A stretch of 64,000 nucleotides of DNA. Source: Chrysomallon squamiferum. Lineage: Eukaryota > Animalia > Mollusca. Position 1 is the first letter of the stretch; each line of letters begins with the position of its first letter. A program made the translations under genes and the position numbers. The stretch is from contig CM022665.1 in NCBI GenBank assembly GCA_012295275.1, positions 10,106,001 to 10,170,000 on the forward strand, read 5' to 3'. This document shows positions 1 to 13,613 of the stretch, piece by piece. The notes below the pieces were generated by a model that saw nothing but the letters and a program-made list of their open reading frames with translations, was not told where the DNA came from and did not search any database.

Positions 1-5
1 TTTGT

Positions 6-588
6 CAAGGCTGCACCAGTTCTGGAAAAAGTCAGGGGGGAATTCAAGATCAGGTAATACTGAGGGAATTTTGGAAATAGAAATAGTTGGAATTTTGAAA
101 CAAATTCAGGAAAATGCAGGGAAATATTGTTCAGGGAAATTTGACACAGACACAAATACACACACACACACACACACACAAATACATACATACGTATATT
201 CATACTTACTTAAGAGGATACACAAAATCACAGATACAAGAACCGTTATTTGACTGAAGTATCAAAACGTGTTAGATTATTAATTACATATTAATATATA
301 TATCGAAAACCATTTAATCTGAAGTTTACAGATGTATCGATAACAAGAATTGATTTGAAGCTTACAGCTATATTGATGATCTTAATTGCTGCGAACAACA
401 TGAAACTGTGAGAGAGAATGTTAATGATCTCTGTAGTTTCATAACTAATAATGTCTGGAAAGGTGCTCGGTAATGATGTGATGTTAATAATACACAGAGA
501 TGTTAATTTTTTTTATGTGTTTTATTTAGTCACGGGAAACTAAAGCTGAGTCAGGGAATTGTGAAATCATTTCTGACTGGCAGCTCTG
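6..588. mobile_element. Possible degenerate non-autonomous DNA transposon with TCAGGGAA subterminal repeats
   Basis: Several (G)TCAGGGAA-like motifs at 31-140 and 529-560, with imperfect inverted ends CAAGGCTGC / GCAGCTCTG. Confidence 0.35.
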
Positions 589-1128
589 TAATTATTGTTG
601 ATAGTAAAAATACTTGGTTATTTTCAGTTGCACCATGTGTACATACAGTTATTTCACATTAAGACAGGATAAATCCTAAGCAAAATCAAATAACAAAGTA
701 AATAAATAAATTAAAATTGAGTTACAGTATATTATATTTTTACATTGTTTTTTTTTTTTAAATTATTTTTTTTATCTAGAAACCATCAACAAATAACAAA
801 AATGATGAATGATTTGTAAGAAAATAGATCTTCTACCTTTTTTCCTATTTAAAAATACCATAAAGATTTGTGAGAATTTGATATTTCAGATGCAAATGTA
901 TGAGATTACTATGTATTTCAGTCTTTATTGTAATTGTTTGTTTTTCCATTATATTGTACATATCGGTAAACACTCACAGAAAAAATAATTAAATAATATT
1001 TGATTTATTATTAATTTGTGTCACATGTTACATGTTATTGATATTGTACATTTTTTCCTTTTTTTAATTTGCATATTGTTCTAACAAACTAATTTAAAAG
1101 AAGCTGCTAGTTCACCATGACAAGAAAA

Positions 1129-2185
1129 TGTCTAAAACAACTACTTCACTGTGACAACAGTACTGTCTAAAACAACTACTTCACTGTGACAATACTGTCT
1201 AAAACAACTACTTCACTGTGACAACAGTACTGTCTAAAACAACTATTTCACTGTGACAACAGTACTGTCTAAACAACTACTTCACTGTGACAACAGTACT
1301 GTCTAAACAACTACTTCACTGTGACAACAATACTGTCTAAAACAACTGCTTCATTGTGACAACAGTACTGTCTAAACAACTACTTCACTGTGACAACAAT
1401 ACTGTCTAAAACAACTGCTTCACTGTGACAACAATACTGTCTAAAACAACTGCTTCACTGTGACAGCAAAACGTTCTAAAACAACTGCTTCATTGTGATA
1501 ACAATATTTTCTAAAACAACTACTTCACTGTGACAACAATACTGTCTAAAACAACTGCTTCACTGTGACAACAAAACTGTCTAAAACAACTACTTCACTG
1601 TGACAACAGTACTGTCTAAACAACTACTTCACTGTGACAACAGTACTGTCTAAACAACTACTTCACTGTGACAATACTGTCTAAAACAACTGCTTCACTG
1701 TGACAACAATACTGTCTAAAACAACTACTTCACTGACAACAGCACTGTCTAAACAACTACTTCACTGTGACAACAGCACTGTCTCAACAACTACTTTACT
1801 GTGACAACAATACTGTCTAAAACAACTGCTTCACTGTGACAACAATACTGTCTAAAACAACTACTTCACTGACAACAGCACTGTCTAAACAACTACTTCA
1901 CTGTGACAACAGCACTGTCTAAACAACTACTTTACTGTGACAACAATACTGTCTAAAACAACTGCTTCACTGTGACAACAATACTGTCTAAAACAACTGC
2001 TTTATTGTGACAGCAATACTGTCTAAAACAACTGCTTTATTGTGACAGCAGTACTGTCTAAACAACTACTTCACTGTGACAACAATACTGTCTAAAAGAA
2101 CTACTTCATTGTGACAGCAGTACTGTCTAAACAACTACTTCACTATGACAACAATACTGTCTAAAAGAACTACTTTGTTACTGAC
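1129..2185. repeat. Minisatellite, 32-35-bp unit, about 30 copies
   Basis: Unit TGTCTAAAACAACTACTTCACTGTGACAACAGTAC repeated head-to-tail with no unique spacers. Confidence 0.95.
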
Positions 2186-4619
2186 AAGATTTTAATGATA
2201 TCTGTGACAAGTTTGAAGGTTCATGCAGTCCAAGTCATCGTCTTAGCGTGCCAGAGTATAAAGTGATGATTCTCAGATGAAATGGAAACCTTGTGGTTCT
2301 AAATAAATAAATAAGTAAAGCCTTTGTAGAGGTGTGGAGATGGTTCTATCTTGATTGCCTCTTGCATTTACACAATGCATTATTCATCCAAACGTACATG
2401 CTGGTGTGATGACAAATTAACCTCTTCTCATCTACTTGATATTCTACTCCGATAAAGAAAGAAAAAATTACCCTTTTGATTGTGTTTAATTATGTTTAGC
2501 TGTCCCTAGAGAAATCTAGGTAAATTTTTCTTCACATGATAGCTTACTGGAAATTAACAGTTAATCTATTATTTGGTATCTGTGGAGGATTAAAATTCCC
2601 TCGAGAACAGTTGAGATTGCATCGTCTGCAAATTAATGTTTTATGTTATGCGAGACTTTGTTTTTTTTTCACCCCAGACTTGTGCCTCACAGTCAAAAAA
2701 GATTAGGTTATAAAATATTTAAAGTCCACTGTCGTGTTTATATTAGAATTTTGTACTTTTAAAAAACATTTTCATGGCTTTTTCAAAACCAGCAAATCAT
2801 TATTAATAAACTTGTTTGATTTTGGTAATGAAAGTTGTAAGCTAATTTGATTTCCTTTTCATTATTTTTCTTCTTTTTTTAATTATATATATATATATAA
2901 AACAGAAATCTGATAAAATGATTTAAAAAAAACAACTTAAAAAACTAAAATGTATTTCTGTGTACAGTAAAATACTGCAGGAATATTTCCCATACCAACT
3001 TGTTTTTTTCATGATTAACTGTGGTAGACATTTTTCTCACTGTGTTAAACTGCATTTTAGTTGTATCTAATTATGCTGACTTGAACTATTTCAGTTGTGC
3101 AATGACAGAGTTAATCTTACTAATAAAACATGTATCCTTGGGCCATCCAATATGCAGATGCATCAAATATTGAGTGAATACTTTATGATACCTCAGCATA
3201 TGTTACTGTTAATAACTAATTGTTAAATTTCCAGTTTTTATATGAAAGATTAAATAATAAAAAATATATTTAAAAAACCCCAATAATATGTGTATATATA
3301 TATATATATATATAAAGATTCCATTGATATTAACATAATTTGATTTAATCACTTCAACTTAACCTCACTTGACTCTGTAAAATGCTTCTAACATTAGACT
3401 TAACCTGCAGGGTTTTTTTTGTGTTTTTTTTCTTTCTTTCGTCTTTTGCTGTTTTGGCCAAATACTGTACTACTGTAGAATCTGTTGAATGACATTTGTT
3501 TTTTTTTAAATTTTATTTTGTTTATATTTTTTTTTATAGTTTTCTTACTACAAATAATGTAATAGTAAAAAGTCATTAACAACGAATCAGCCTTCAGTCC
3601 AGCACTTTACTTAATCAATCAACTTAAATGTTAGACGTTCACGAGGTCACCTTCAATCTCTGTTGAAAGACGACAGTTAGCATACTGAAGAACTTAAATA
3701 TATATGTCAATTAAAGAGACATCTCTTTTATATTGACATTTAATGCCAGAAGGTGAAAATACCAACTGACCTGCTTCAGGCTGTTTTGTCATTAATTTAG
3801 AAATGTTAACTTTTTATTGCCATTTAAAGATTGTCATGTCTGACCAAGAATTACACAAACTTGAGAATTAACACTATCACCACAGTATTTGAAATAAAAA
3901 AATAAAAAAAATGTTTCCTTTTTTTGGATTAATAGGTAAATTGTGGTTTTATTTACAGTTTTTGAAGTAAAAATAGTAACCTTTTTTTTGTTTTTATTAC
4001 TTTATGATATATTATAAAGTCAGTTTGAGACAGGTACTACTGGTTGGAGAACAAGTAATAAAAACAAATTTAATTATCATGATAAAATGTGCTGTCGAAT
4101 TTTCCTGGATCTACAGTACAAGAAATATATTAAAAAAAATGTTCATGTTAAATTATAGAAAATGCAATTTTAAAGTTATTTTTGGAATATGTTATAAGTC
4201 ATCCTGTTTGACAGTTGGGTAGACATTTTTATTTTAAATGACATTTTGATAAGTTTGACTGACATTTTAAATTTAAGCGATATTTCGGTAATGTTAGTCA
4301 ACATCATAAATTTAAATCTAACGTGAGCCAGTGTTTCAAATTTAAGTGGTGCAGTAATTGCATTTTTAAGTGGCATTTTGATTACTTATAGGCAGACGTT
4401 TGACTGCTGAATAAGTGCTTTAATAATATTTTATTTTATTTTATTTTTATATTAACTATTGTGGGTAAAAGAAAATAATAAACTGAATATTTGTATCTAA
4501 ATTCTAATACACCACAACTGCTAATTCATTCATTTGTTTTGAACATATTCTTTCTTGGGTTTTTTGGTCAGTTTTGTTTTAATTTATTTTTTATTTTATT
4601 TCATGTTTTGTTATGAAAT

Positions 4620-4636
4620 GTTTGTTTATTTATTAA

Positions 4637-4679
<43 letters not shown>

Positions 4680-4695
4680 TTATTTATTTATTATT

Positions 4696-4730
<35 letters not shown>

Positions 4731-4755
4731 CTTATTTATTTATTTATTTACTTAC

Positions 4756-4794
<39 letters not shown>

Positions 4795-4830
4795 TTTTAA
4801 TTTTTAATTTTTAATTATTATTATTTGTTG
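4620..4830. repeat. (TTA)n/(TTTA)n low-complexity tract
   Basis: Read directly from the sequence. Confidence 0.9.
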
Positions 4831-5837
4831 TTTTTTGTTGTTTTTTGTGATCTGTTCTGTACAGTAATTCAATTACAAAGATGTGTTATCTAATTGAAAA
4901 CATCCATGCACTGGTCACTCTCAATTAGTGTCCCATTCATCTTTTACTGAATCATTCTAGTTATCGATTTTTGGGGTAAATAAATAGAGGGGAAAAAAAG
5001 AAGAAAAAACCAACCTAGTTTGTAACTCACTTTCAATACAGACAAACCATCCTCATGATTATATATTAGTAAAAATTTAAGAGTGAACACTGTCACTGTA
5101 GTTTAGGGTGGGGCACATTACTTAAAACAACAAATTTAAAATGTATTTTGTGCAATTCATGCATACATCACAGGAGACATATTCTGTTGTTGTAAAATAT
5201 GATTTTTTTTACATATATAACAATAGTTGTTTTTCAGTTTTGTATATTTATAATAAATGTGAAATAATAATAATAATAATAATAAACAACTTAAACACTA
5301 ATAAATATTTACACAATTTGATTAAACCTGATATTATTAAGGATTTGTTGAAAATATGATTTTATAAATTAGTTATATTAATACAAACAGTCCTTTTTCA
5401 TTTGATCCATACTAAAATATTGGGTTAAAAAATAATAATAATAAAAATAAATAAATGACAAAAATTTGCGTTTATATTAGGATTTAGCAAATTTTATTTT
5501 ATTATTATTTTTGGTTAAATATAAATAAAATAAACACAAATGAAATAAAAAGGAAAACTGCTTCAAAAAAAGGAAAAAAAAAAAAAAAATGTTATTCCAA
5601 AAGTAAAACCTTGCCTCTCCCAAAATAGCAAATACCCCTAGGCATGTGTTCTAAACTTTTGATGTGTCCAGTTAACTAACATGTTTGCTGCAGTGTAATA
5701 ACCACAGTTTACTTACCCAGCTTGTGATCAGATATATTTGCTGTTTTAGTACAGAAAATAGCCAAAAATGAACACAAGTGACAAAGAATCTGATTTTATC
5801 ACTTTAAAACATTATACTTTGATTTTCATGGAAATTG

Positions 5838-5876
<39 letters not shown>

Positions 5877-7575
5877 TACAACAATGAAAACAAAAAAGGG
5901 CAAAAACAAAAAAGGTGGATTTATTGACTATAATAATGTCATGTACATATGGTGTACTGTGAACTCCTACAATTTTAAATAATTTTTTTTTTATTTTTTT
6001 CTGTCAAAACTGTTTACATCCAAAGGTTAACTTCTCATTCACATGTACATGATTTTATCACAACTGAATATATGTACACAATAATTTCTCAGCTGTACTA
6101 TTTTACATAAGTACAAATAACTTCAGTAATAATAATAATAAAAATGCATACTAGTAGTAATGTCTTTATTTAGTACAATATTAAATTTTTGTCAATCACA
6201 AATTTGAAAACAAATGTTCCCCTCATGTCAGTGTGTAGGCTATTCATTGTGTGTGTGTTAGCAATTATTCACAAAAAAAAAAAAAAAAAAAATTAGAGAG
6301 AAAACCTAGCAACAAGGCATCCATTTTTATGTACCTCCTCATAGACAGTAAAACACATACCAGTATGTCTGATAAACCAGTTGTAGTTACTAATGGAATG
6401 GAAAATAAGTGTGTGCAAAAAAGATTTAACCTGTAACCCATGATACCTTGGTTAATAGCTATAGTCCGCTCCCACTAATCCAGGAAATTGAAGGCTTCAA
6501 AACTCTAAAAATTTCCTATAAAATGTTGCTACAAAATTAAAAAAAAAAAAATTAATAATAATAATAATAAAAATAAAATACCCACCAGTAACAACCCACT
6601 CAATAAATATTCTAAGACAAAAAAAACCCCAAAAACATTCACGACATAAATTATTGATATATTGGTTTAAATGCACTTGTGGTGATGCAAGTAAAAAGCC
6701 TTAATGCATTTTTGTTTTTGTACATTTCCAAATGCTTTATTAGTTTTCTAGAAACCAATATTTGTTTTTATATGACAGAAGGAGATCTGTAATATGGAGG
6801 CAAACTGCAGCATTCACAGTATTTACTTCTCCATCTTTTAACTGTTAAATATGCTGAAATGAATCTAAGTATCCACAGATTTCAGAAAGTTTACTACTAC
6901 CACTATTACTGTTATTATTTATTTTTATTGCTACTACTACTACTGCTGTTAATATTATATTATTTTTGTTTTTATTACTGCTATTGCTAATATTACAAAA
7001 AAACATTACTACTACTACTTCTACTATTATTTATATTTTTATTACTACTGTTACTATAGTTTTTATTACTGCTACTGCTGCTACTATTATTATCATTATT
7101 ATTATACTGTTGTTGTTGTTTGCTTTTGTTTGTATTTAGAAGTGAGCAAAAACAGTAACTTAATACATATTAAAAAAATGCATGTAATATCAGACATGGC
7201 CATTTGTTACATCATGATAACATAAAACAGGAAAACATGTTGCAGTCTCACTGGTAATTTTTATATATTATGATTTTTGATAAATAAGTTGGAATGGGAA
7301 ATTGATCCATCGTTACAGCTTCTCAAACTTTTATACACTATGCAAGTTGATGTAATTTAACATTTAAGATTATTAAATGTGTGATTTAATTCATAGAACA
7401 AGTTCAAAAACATGAATCTGACATAAATCATTTTATAGTTCATATTTTGTGGGTTTTTTTTTTTTTTTTTTTAATAATTTAATATCTAAGATATCAAGAA
7501 AATATTGTTATCAACATCTGGGTCTTGCATTTTATCATGTGTGTACATAGGAACATTCTTTTGTTTTTGAAAGAT

Positions 7576-7629
<54 letters not shown>

Positions 7630-8959
7630 ATCATTTGGTACTTTTCACACTTTTGTTATTTCTTTTTTGCCTGTATTGGAAAACTATTTCAGTGTTTGAT
7701 TGGCCTAGCGTGGATTTCTTTTTCTCATCCTTTCTCTTAACTACAAAGCTTTTTCTCTGATGTGTGATTTATTTAAATTTTTTCTGATCTCATTTTGTCC
7801 GTCATCTTTTTTTTTATATATGTCTCCACTTCCCATTCATTTCTTTCACTTTCTTTCTTTCCATTTTTCTCTTTGCCTCCTTCATTTCCCTCCTCTATGT
7901 CTTTCTCTGTATCTATTTTTCTGGAATAGATGAATTCTTACAAGCATAATATTATTACAAAGATTACCATTCAGAATATGATAAATATTCACATCTGTGT
8001 AATATCAAAAACAGTCTCGTGAGAGAGACAGAGAAAAAACAAACAACCCTGTTACTAGTCAAAAAACAAGTGTTTTTATTTAATGCCTTTCCTATGAATA
8101 TGGATCTACATGTTCATCTGAAAACCAATATCAATATTTCTATTATGCAGGTTCAGTTTCTTGTCAGTATTGCATACAGTTAATACAAGCTGAATATTTC
8201 AATTTGTTCTGTTCTAGCTAAGGTCTGCATATGAATTACAAATCAAATAAAGGCAGTATCACAATATAAAATAATAAAAAAAAAAAAAATATATACATAT
8301 ATAATAAATAAATAAATAAATAACAATAACAGAATAATAAACAAAATTAAAATTAAAATATCAAACACTGGAGAATTATTCTGAGGTTTTTCCAACATTA
8401 ATTTCTAGACTTATTTATTTCAAAGGATTTATACTCGGATTGCCTGGTAATTCTTTATGCTTTCTCAAGCTTGCTATTCCCAAATCATTGCATCTACAAA
8501 ATAAAAGTTAATCTGTGCATTTAGCATAAATGAATAAGGATATTAAGAATGTAATGAATTTTGGATTAACTTCATTTTTTTAGTTAGTCTGCTAAAGGAC
8601 CTAGACAGCATGGTGAAATGTGCATACAAAAACTTCAGTGAGATTAAGAAAGTTTTGTTTGACTTAAAATTAAAACAAACAACATAATTTCTCAAATTTT
8701 TTGGATTAAAACACGATAATAGTGCTGAAACTGTTGAATTAGACAGATCTGATGTTAAACTCTTCACTTAAACAAAAACTTAATTATCTGAAGGTTTTAG
8801 ATTTTCATTATAGTTGGCTGAAACAGTTATAATCATTGTATATTATGACCATCTTCATATATTTGTTTGTATGATGTTTTCTGGTATCTAACTGTAGCTT
8901 AATAATTACAAAGACAGGGTTAGTGCATCACAGGCTACAGGATTAATCTGTTTCCAGTT

Positions 8960-9080
8960 GTAGCCAGTGCTCTGTGTTTGCTTTTTCAAAAGATATAGTT
9001 GTGTATGTGTGTGGGTTGTCTCTGACAAGGTGCATATAAAATAACCATTGCTGCCAATCGAGTAATCCATGGATAATTTC
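8960..9080 (+). mobile_element. Degenerate interspersed repeat copy (SINE-like core)
   Basis: Shares CCAGTGCTCTG, TCAAAA, GGTGCA.ATA.AATA and GAGTA..CCATG in the same order with 24440-24560. It resembles, from memory, an abundant gastropod SINE core. Confidence 0.45.
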
Positions 9081-9194
9081 ATAGCTTCGTTGTTATACAG
9101 ATTTTACCAGAGATAAATTTCTGTTTATCAAGTTACATAATACAGATATGTCAAATACATATAATAAATTCATCTAAACAGTTTGGAATTTCAT

Positions 9195-9890
9195 ATTAGT
9201 TTTCTATTTCAGATTCACATAAATATGGAATAATCTGTAAAATTATGTAATAGTTTATATTTCAGGTTGATATGAATATAATAGAGTAAAGTAAAAATAA
9301 AATTATAATAGTTTATATTTCAATTTACAATGAACATAGGGTAACTTGTGAAATTATATAATATTTTACATTTCAGGTAGATATAAATATAGAATAACTT
9401 GTAAGATTGCATATTTTGTATTTCAGATTGATACTAATACGGAGTAATGTAAAACTATAATAGTTTATATTTCAGATTGATATAAAGTAACATAAAATTG
9501 TATAATATTTTATATTTGTGGGTCAAATGAATATAAATTCACATAAAATTGTATAATAGTTTACATTTCAGATTGATACAAATATAGACAGTGTAAAATA
9601 TTTTATATTTTATATGGATGTAGATGTAAAATTATATACTAATTCTGTATTTCAGTTTTGTTTGAATATAGAGAACTGCAACTGAATGGGGGCTAGAGCA
9701 ACTCATTATCAGCCTGGTTTATTTACAAACAGGGGACTCAGTTCCCTTTCAGATAGAAGGGACAGTGACTTAGGGATAAAAACAAAAAAGGAAAATGTTA
9801 TCATGTCCACATAATACAAAATATTGGAGTGAAACATAGAACTGTTTAGTATTAATCTCTGTTTTTCAGGTTGATGTAAATATGGAGTAG
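9195..9890 (+). repeat. Degenerate 50-58-bp tandem array resembling the FUT8 first coding exon acceptor
   Basis: TTTCAG(G/A)TTGAT..AATAT units at 9207, 9260, 9371, 9421, 9470, 9566 and 9650, compared with the real junction TTTCAG|GTTGATGTAAATATGGAG at 9864. Confidence 0.7.
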
Positions 9891-9891
9891 C

Positions 9892-10118
9892 ATGCGAAGT
9901 TGGAAGGTGGTAGTGGGGCTGCTGGTCACATGGCTCTTCATCATGTTGTACATGAGCATGACGTTGATGCCTGGTGGGGATGCTGTCACTCGCTCTGAAG
10001 AACAACTCAAGAAAGCTCTTGTGGAACTAAACAAAGTTAAAGCACAGAACATGGAGCTGCAGATCCTGGCAACAGAATTACAGTAAAATTAACTTCATTC
10101 TTTCAAGATATACATCTG

Positions 10119-10189
<71 letters not shown>

Positions 10190-10441
10190 AGTGCATGTGT
10201 GTAATTATAATGACTTATTTACATTAGTAACCAGACCGATAAAAATATACATTATAATGGCAATAGGTATCCAGATTAAGTAACATTATTTTAAAGGTTA
10301 CTGAAATATAAACAATTATTTAAGTATTGTTAAATAAAACTTTTAATTCTAAAATAACTTCAAGAAACTGGATTCAAACATCAAAAGATATATATATACA
10401 TACACACACACACACAGACACACATAGTGACATATACATAC

Positions 10442-10480
<39 letters not shown>

Positions 10481-13057
10481 TAATAGAAAGGGAGGTATTC
10501 ATATCTTTAGATGGATTAGTTAGATACACAGAGAGAGACAGATACATCTGTTATAAGATAATAGGCAATTTTTCTATTTATCTTATGAAAAACTAAATAT
10601 TTATCTTTTGATGTTTGACTCCAGATTCTTCAAGTTAAAACGAATTGAAAGTTTTATTTAACAATACTTAAATAATCGTTTATTTTTCAGTAACCTTTAA
10701 AATAATTTTATCTGGATACCTATTGTTATTATAATGTATATCTCATGCAGTCTTGTTACTAACATAAATAAATGATTATAATTTAGATTAGAGAAACATT
10801 CAGTTTGTACACAAGATTCAGAATGTTCTTTATTTTAACTTCTGTTTATGACATAAAAGTATTTATTATAGCATAACTCTGTTTTGTAGTTTAGCATAGT
10901 AAAATATGTTTTTAAATTCTATTTTTTTCCTGAACAAATGATTTTCAGTAATTGTGTGTTTGTGTGTGTTGTTGTTATTATTATTATTATTACTATTATT
11001 ATTATGATTATTATTAGTTTTATTAATTTGCTTTTTATTTTTAATTTTTTTAAATGAAGAGACATTCGTGAGACCGGAGGTACTGGCAGCCAGGATCAGA
11101 CTATTAAAAGATTACAAGGTCGACTGCATAAAGCAATGATGGAAATAAAAGAGTTATCTAAGAGATCTGAAATATCAGGTAGTCACATCCAAAGTGTCTT
11201 CAGCTAGCTGTATCTTTTTATCACAGACAAAAACACAAACTTTCAAGATGGGAGTGGAATGGAAAAGAAGCTTATAATATAAGAAATATAAAAAGTGGCA
11301 TAATTCAGCACTTCAAAATTGCCTCCTGATTTCATAGTCATATATATGCATGGCCATACCTACTTATAATACAGACAAATATACATAAAACCTATGTTAC
11401 AATTTGTCATAGAGAAGTATAAAAACCTTTGTAGGAAATAATATTTTTATTTTATAAGAGAATTTCCATATATTAAAAATAAATATCATTATTTCCTAAT
11501 TACTATTTAAAAAGTAATATACTTATTTCATAATTTCAAGATCAAAATTAATGTTTTCTAATTACTGTATAAAAATTAATGTACCTATTTTCCTAATTAC
11601 TAGATAAAAATTAATATATTTATTTACATGTTAATATATAAAAGTTAATAGACTTTTATTTTCCCAATTACTTGATAAAAATAATAAGATTTATTTTATT
11701 AATTTCTAGGTAAGACAGAGAATGCTCCAAGTGGTCAGCATGAGAGAGCTTTTCGGAAACTGCAGAACACAGCTGTTGAATTCTGGTATTACATACATTC
11801 TCAACTTCTGTCTATAAAACAGTTAGGAGGAGCCAGTGCAGGAATTGTTGGGAAAATTGACAAGGTTTTAGAAGTTTCTTCAGAATACCAAAGGTATGTG
11901 TTCAAAGTTCTAAGCCAGAAATAATAGCGATAATTTTTCTGTCCTTCTTCTAGTTGATGACTAGAGGTATTGTCACTGATTGTTTTTAATTTGACTGTTA
12001 TTATTTTTGTTTAGTATTAAAAAAACAAGTTCATTCATCTTCATCTACAAATTAAAAAATATGTGTGTGTTAATTTTTATCTGGTAATTAAAATAAGTAA
12101 ATTAATTTCAACGAGCAATTAAAAAACATGTGTATTCATTTTGATCTTGTAATTAGAAAAGAATCTGTTTTATATCTGGTTATTAAAAGACAAATACATT
12201 AATTTTGTGTTTTTTCGAGTAATTATAAAGTAAACATTAATTTTTATATGGTAATTAAAAAACAAATATATTTATCTATTACTGTGAAAACAAATTTTAA
12301 ATTTTATGTCGTGATTTTAAAATAAATATATTATTTTGATCTTGTAATTTAAAATCAAGTTTATTGTTTTTGGTATGCAATAGAACAGGGTTTATCAAAC
12401 TTTTCATACTTGTGGGACCCATACAGATTGGGTGAAAAAACTCTGGAACCTAAAGTCTTAAACAATTTCAAAATTAATAGGTGGTTTTTTTGCATGTTTA
12501 TATCTTTATTTTAACTTTATTTTTTTTAATCAAATTCGATGAATGTGTTCCCAGAAAAAAATGGCTTTAGTAATGGAATGTTTATTTTTTGTATTTTTTT
12601 TATCATGGAACCAATTTGAGAAACCCTGTAATAGAATGTAAATTATATTTTAAAACTTGAAAGATTTTTTATTCTTTCAGAACATTGCATAATGACTTCA
12701 TCTCTTTGCAAAATGTGGATGGTTTGGATGAGTGGAGAGAAAAGGAATCAGCAGATCTTGGAAATCTTGTTCAGAAACGATTGCATTACATTCAGGTCAG
12801 TAGCATGTAGATAAACATCTTTGATTTCTAACAAGTTTAAAAATCATTTATCATTGGTGTGCTTTGGCATTTGGCATTTGATGAAAACAGCCGAAGTACA
12901 TTTTATATACTTCCAGACGTTATTTTTTTTGTTTGTGACAATAAACCTCTGCAAAAAATAAAGTATGGTGATTAAAAAAAAAGACAAAGCATAAGATGAT
13001 GCCTAGAGAAACCATTTTTCACATTTTCTTGATGTCTTTTTATATAGACAAATGTTT

Positions 13058-13125
<68 letters not shown>

Positions 13126-13576
13126 GTATTTTTTTATATATAGATATAGATATATATAACATGCTTATTACATTATTTAAAAAATTAGCATAAGCTCAGT
13201 CTGTTGGGAATATTTGCATTACTGTTTACAAAATGAGAATTTCAACATGGACATTATCAGTCTCTTATTATGTTCTCTTGGTATTATATTAATAATAATA
13301 ATAATTATTATTATTATTATTTATAATACTTTATTATTAACAAAGTTGCTTAACTATACAAAACATCACTTGGACTTGTACAAAATATATTTAGGTGAGA
13401 AACTCAGGTTGCTTTTCTGATACTGGTTTATTCAGAACCTGTTCTTAGATGAAGAATATTATTACTTTAATTATGTCTTTATAAATATTTATTGGTGATA
13501 CCCACTTCAACAGTGAATATAATTTGATATTTATGATCATTGTTGACAATTTTACTAATAGGAAGCAACAGGTGCA

Positions 13577-13613
<37 letters not shown>

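Noticed and set aside
1129-2185. CRISPR-like array (35-bp repeats)
   Set aside because: Units are contiguous with no unique spacers, there are no cas genes, and the context is eukaryotic.
9892-10086. Stand-alone 64-aa membrane micropeptide
   Set aside because: It is FUT8 coding exon 1 read through the donor into an intronic stop.
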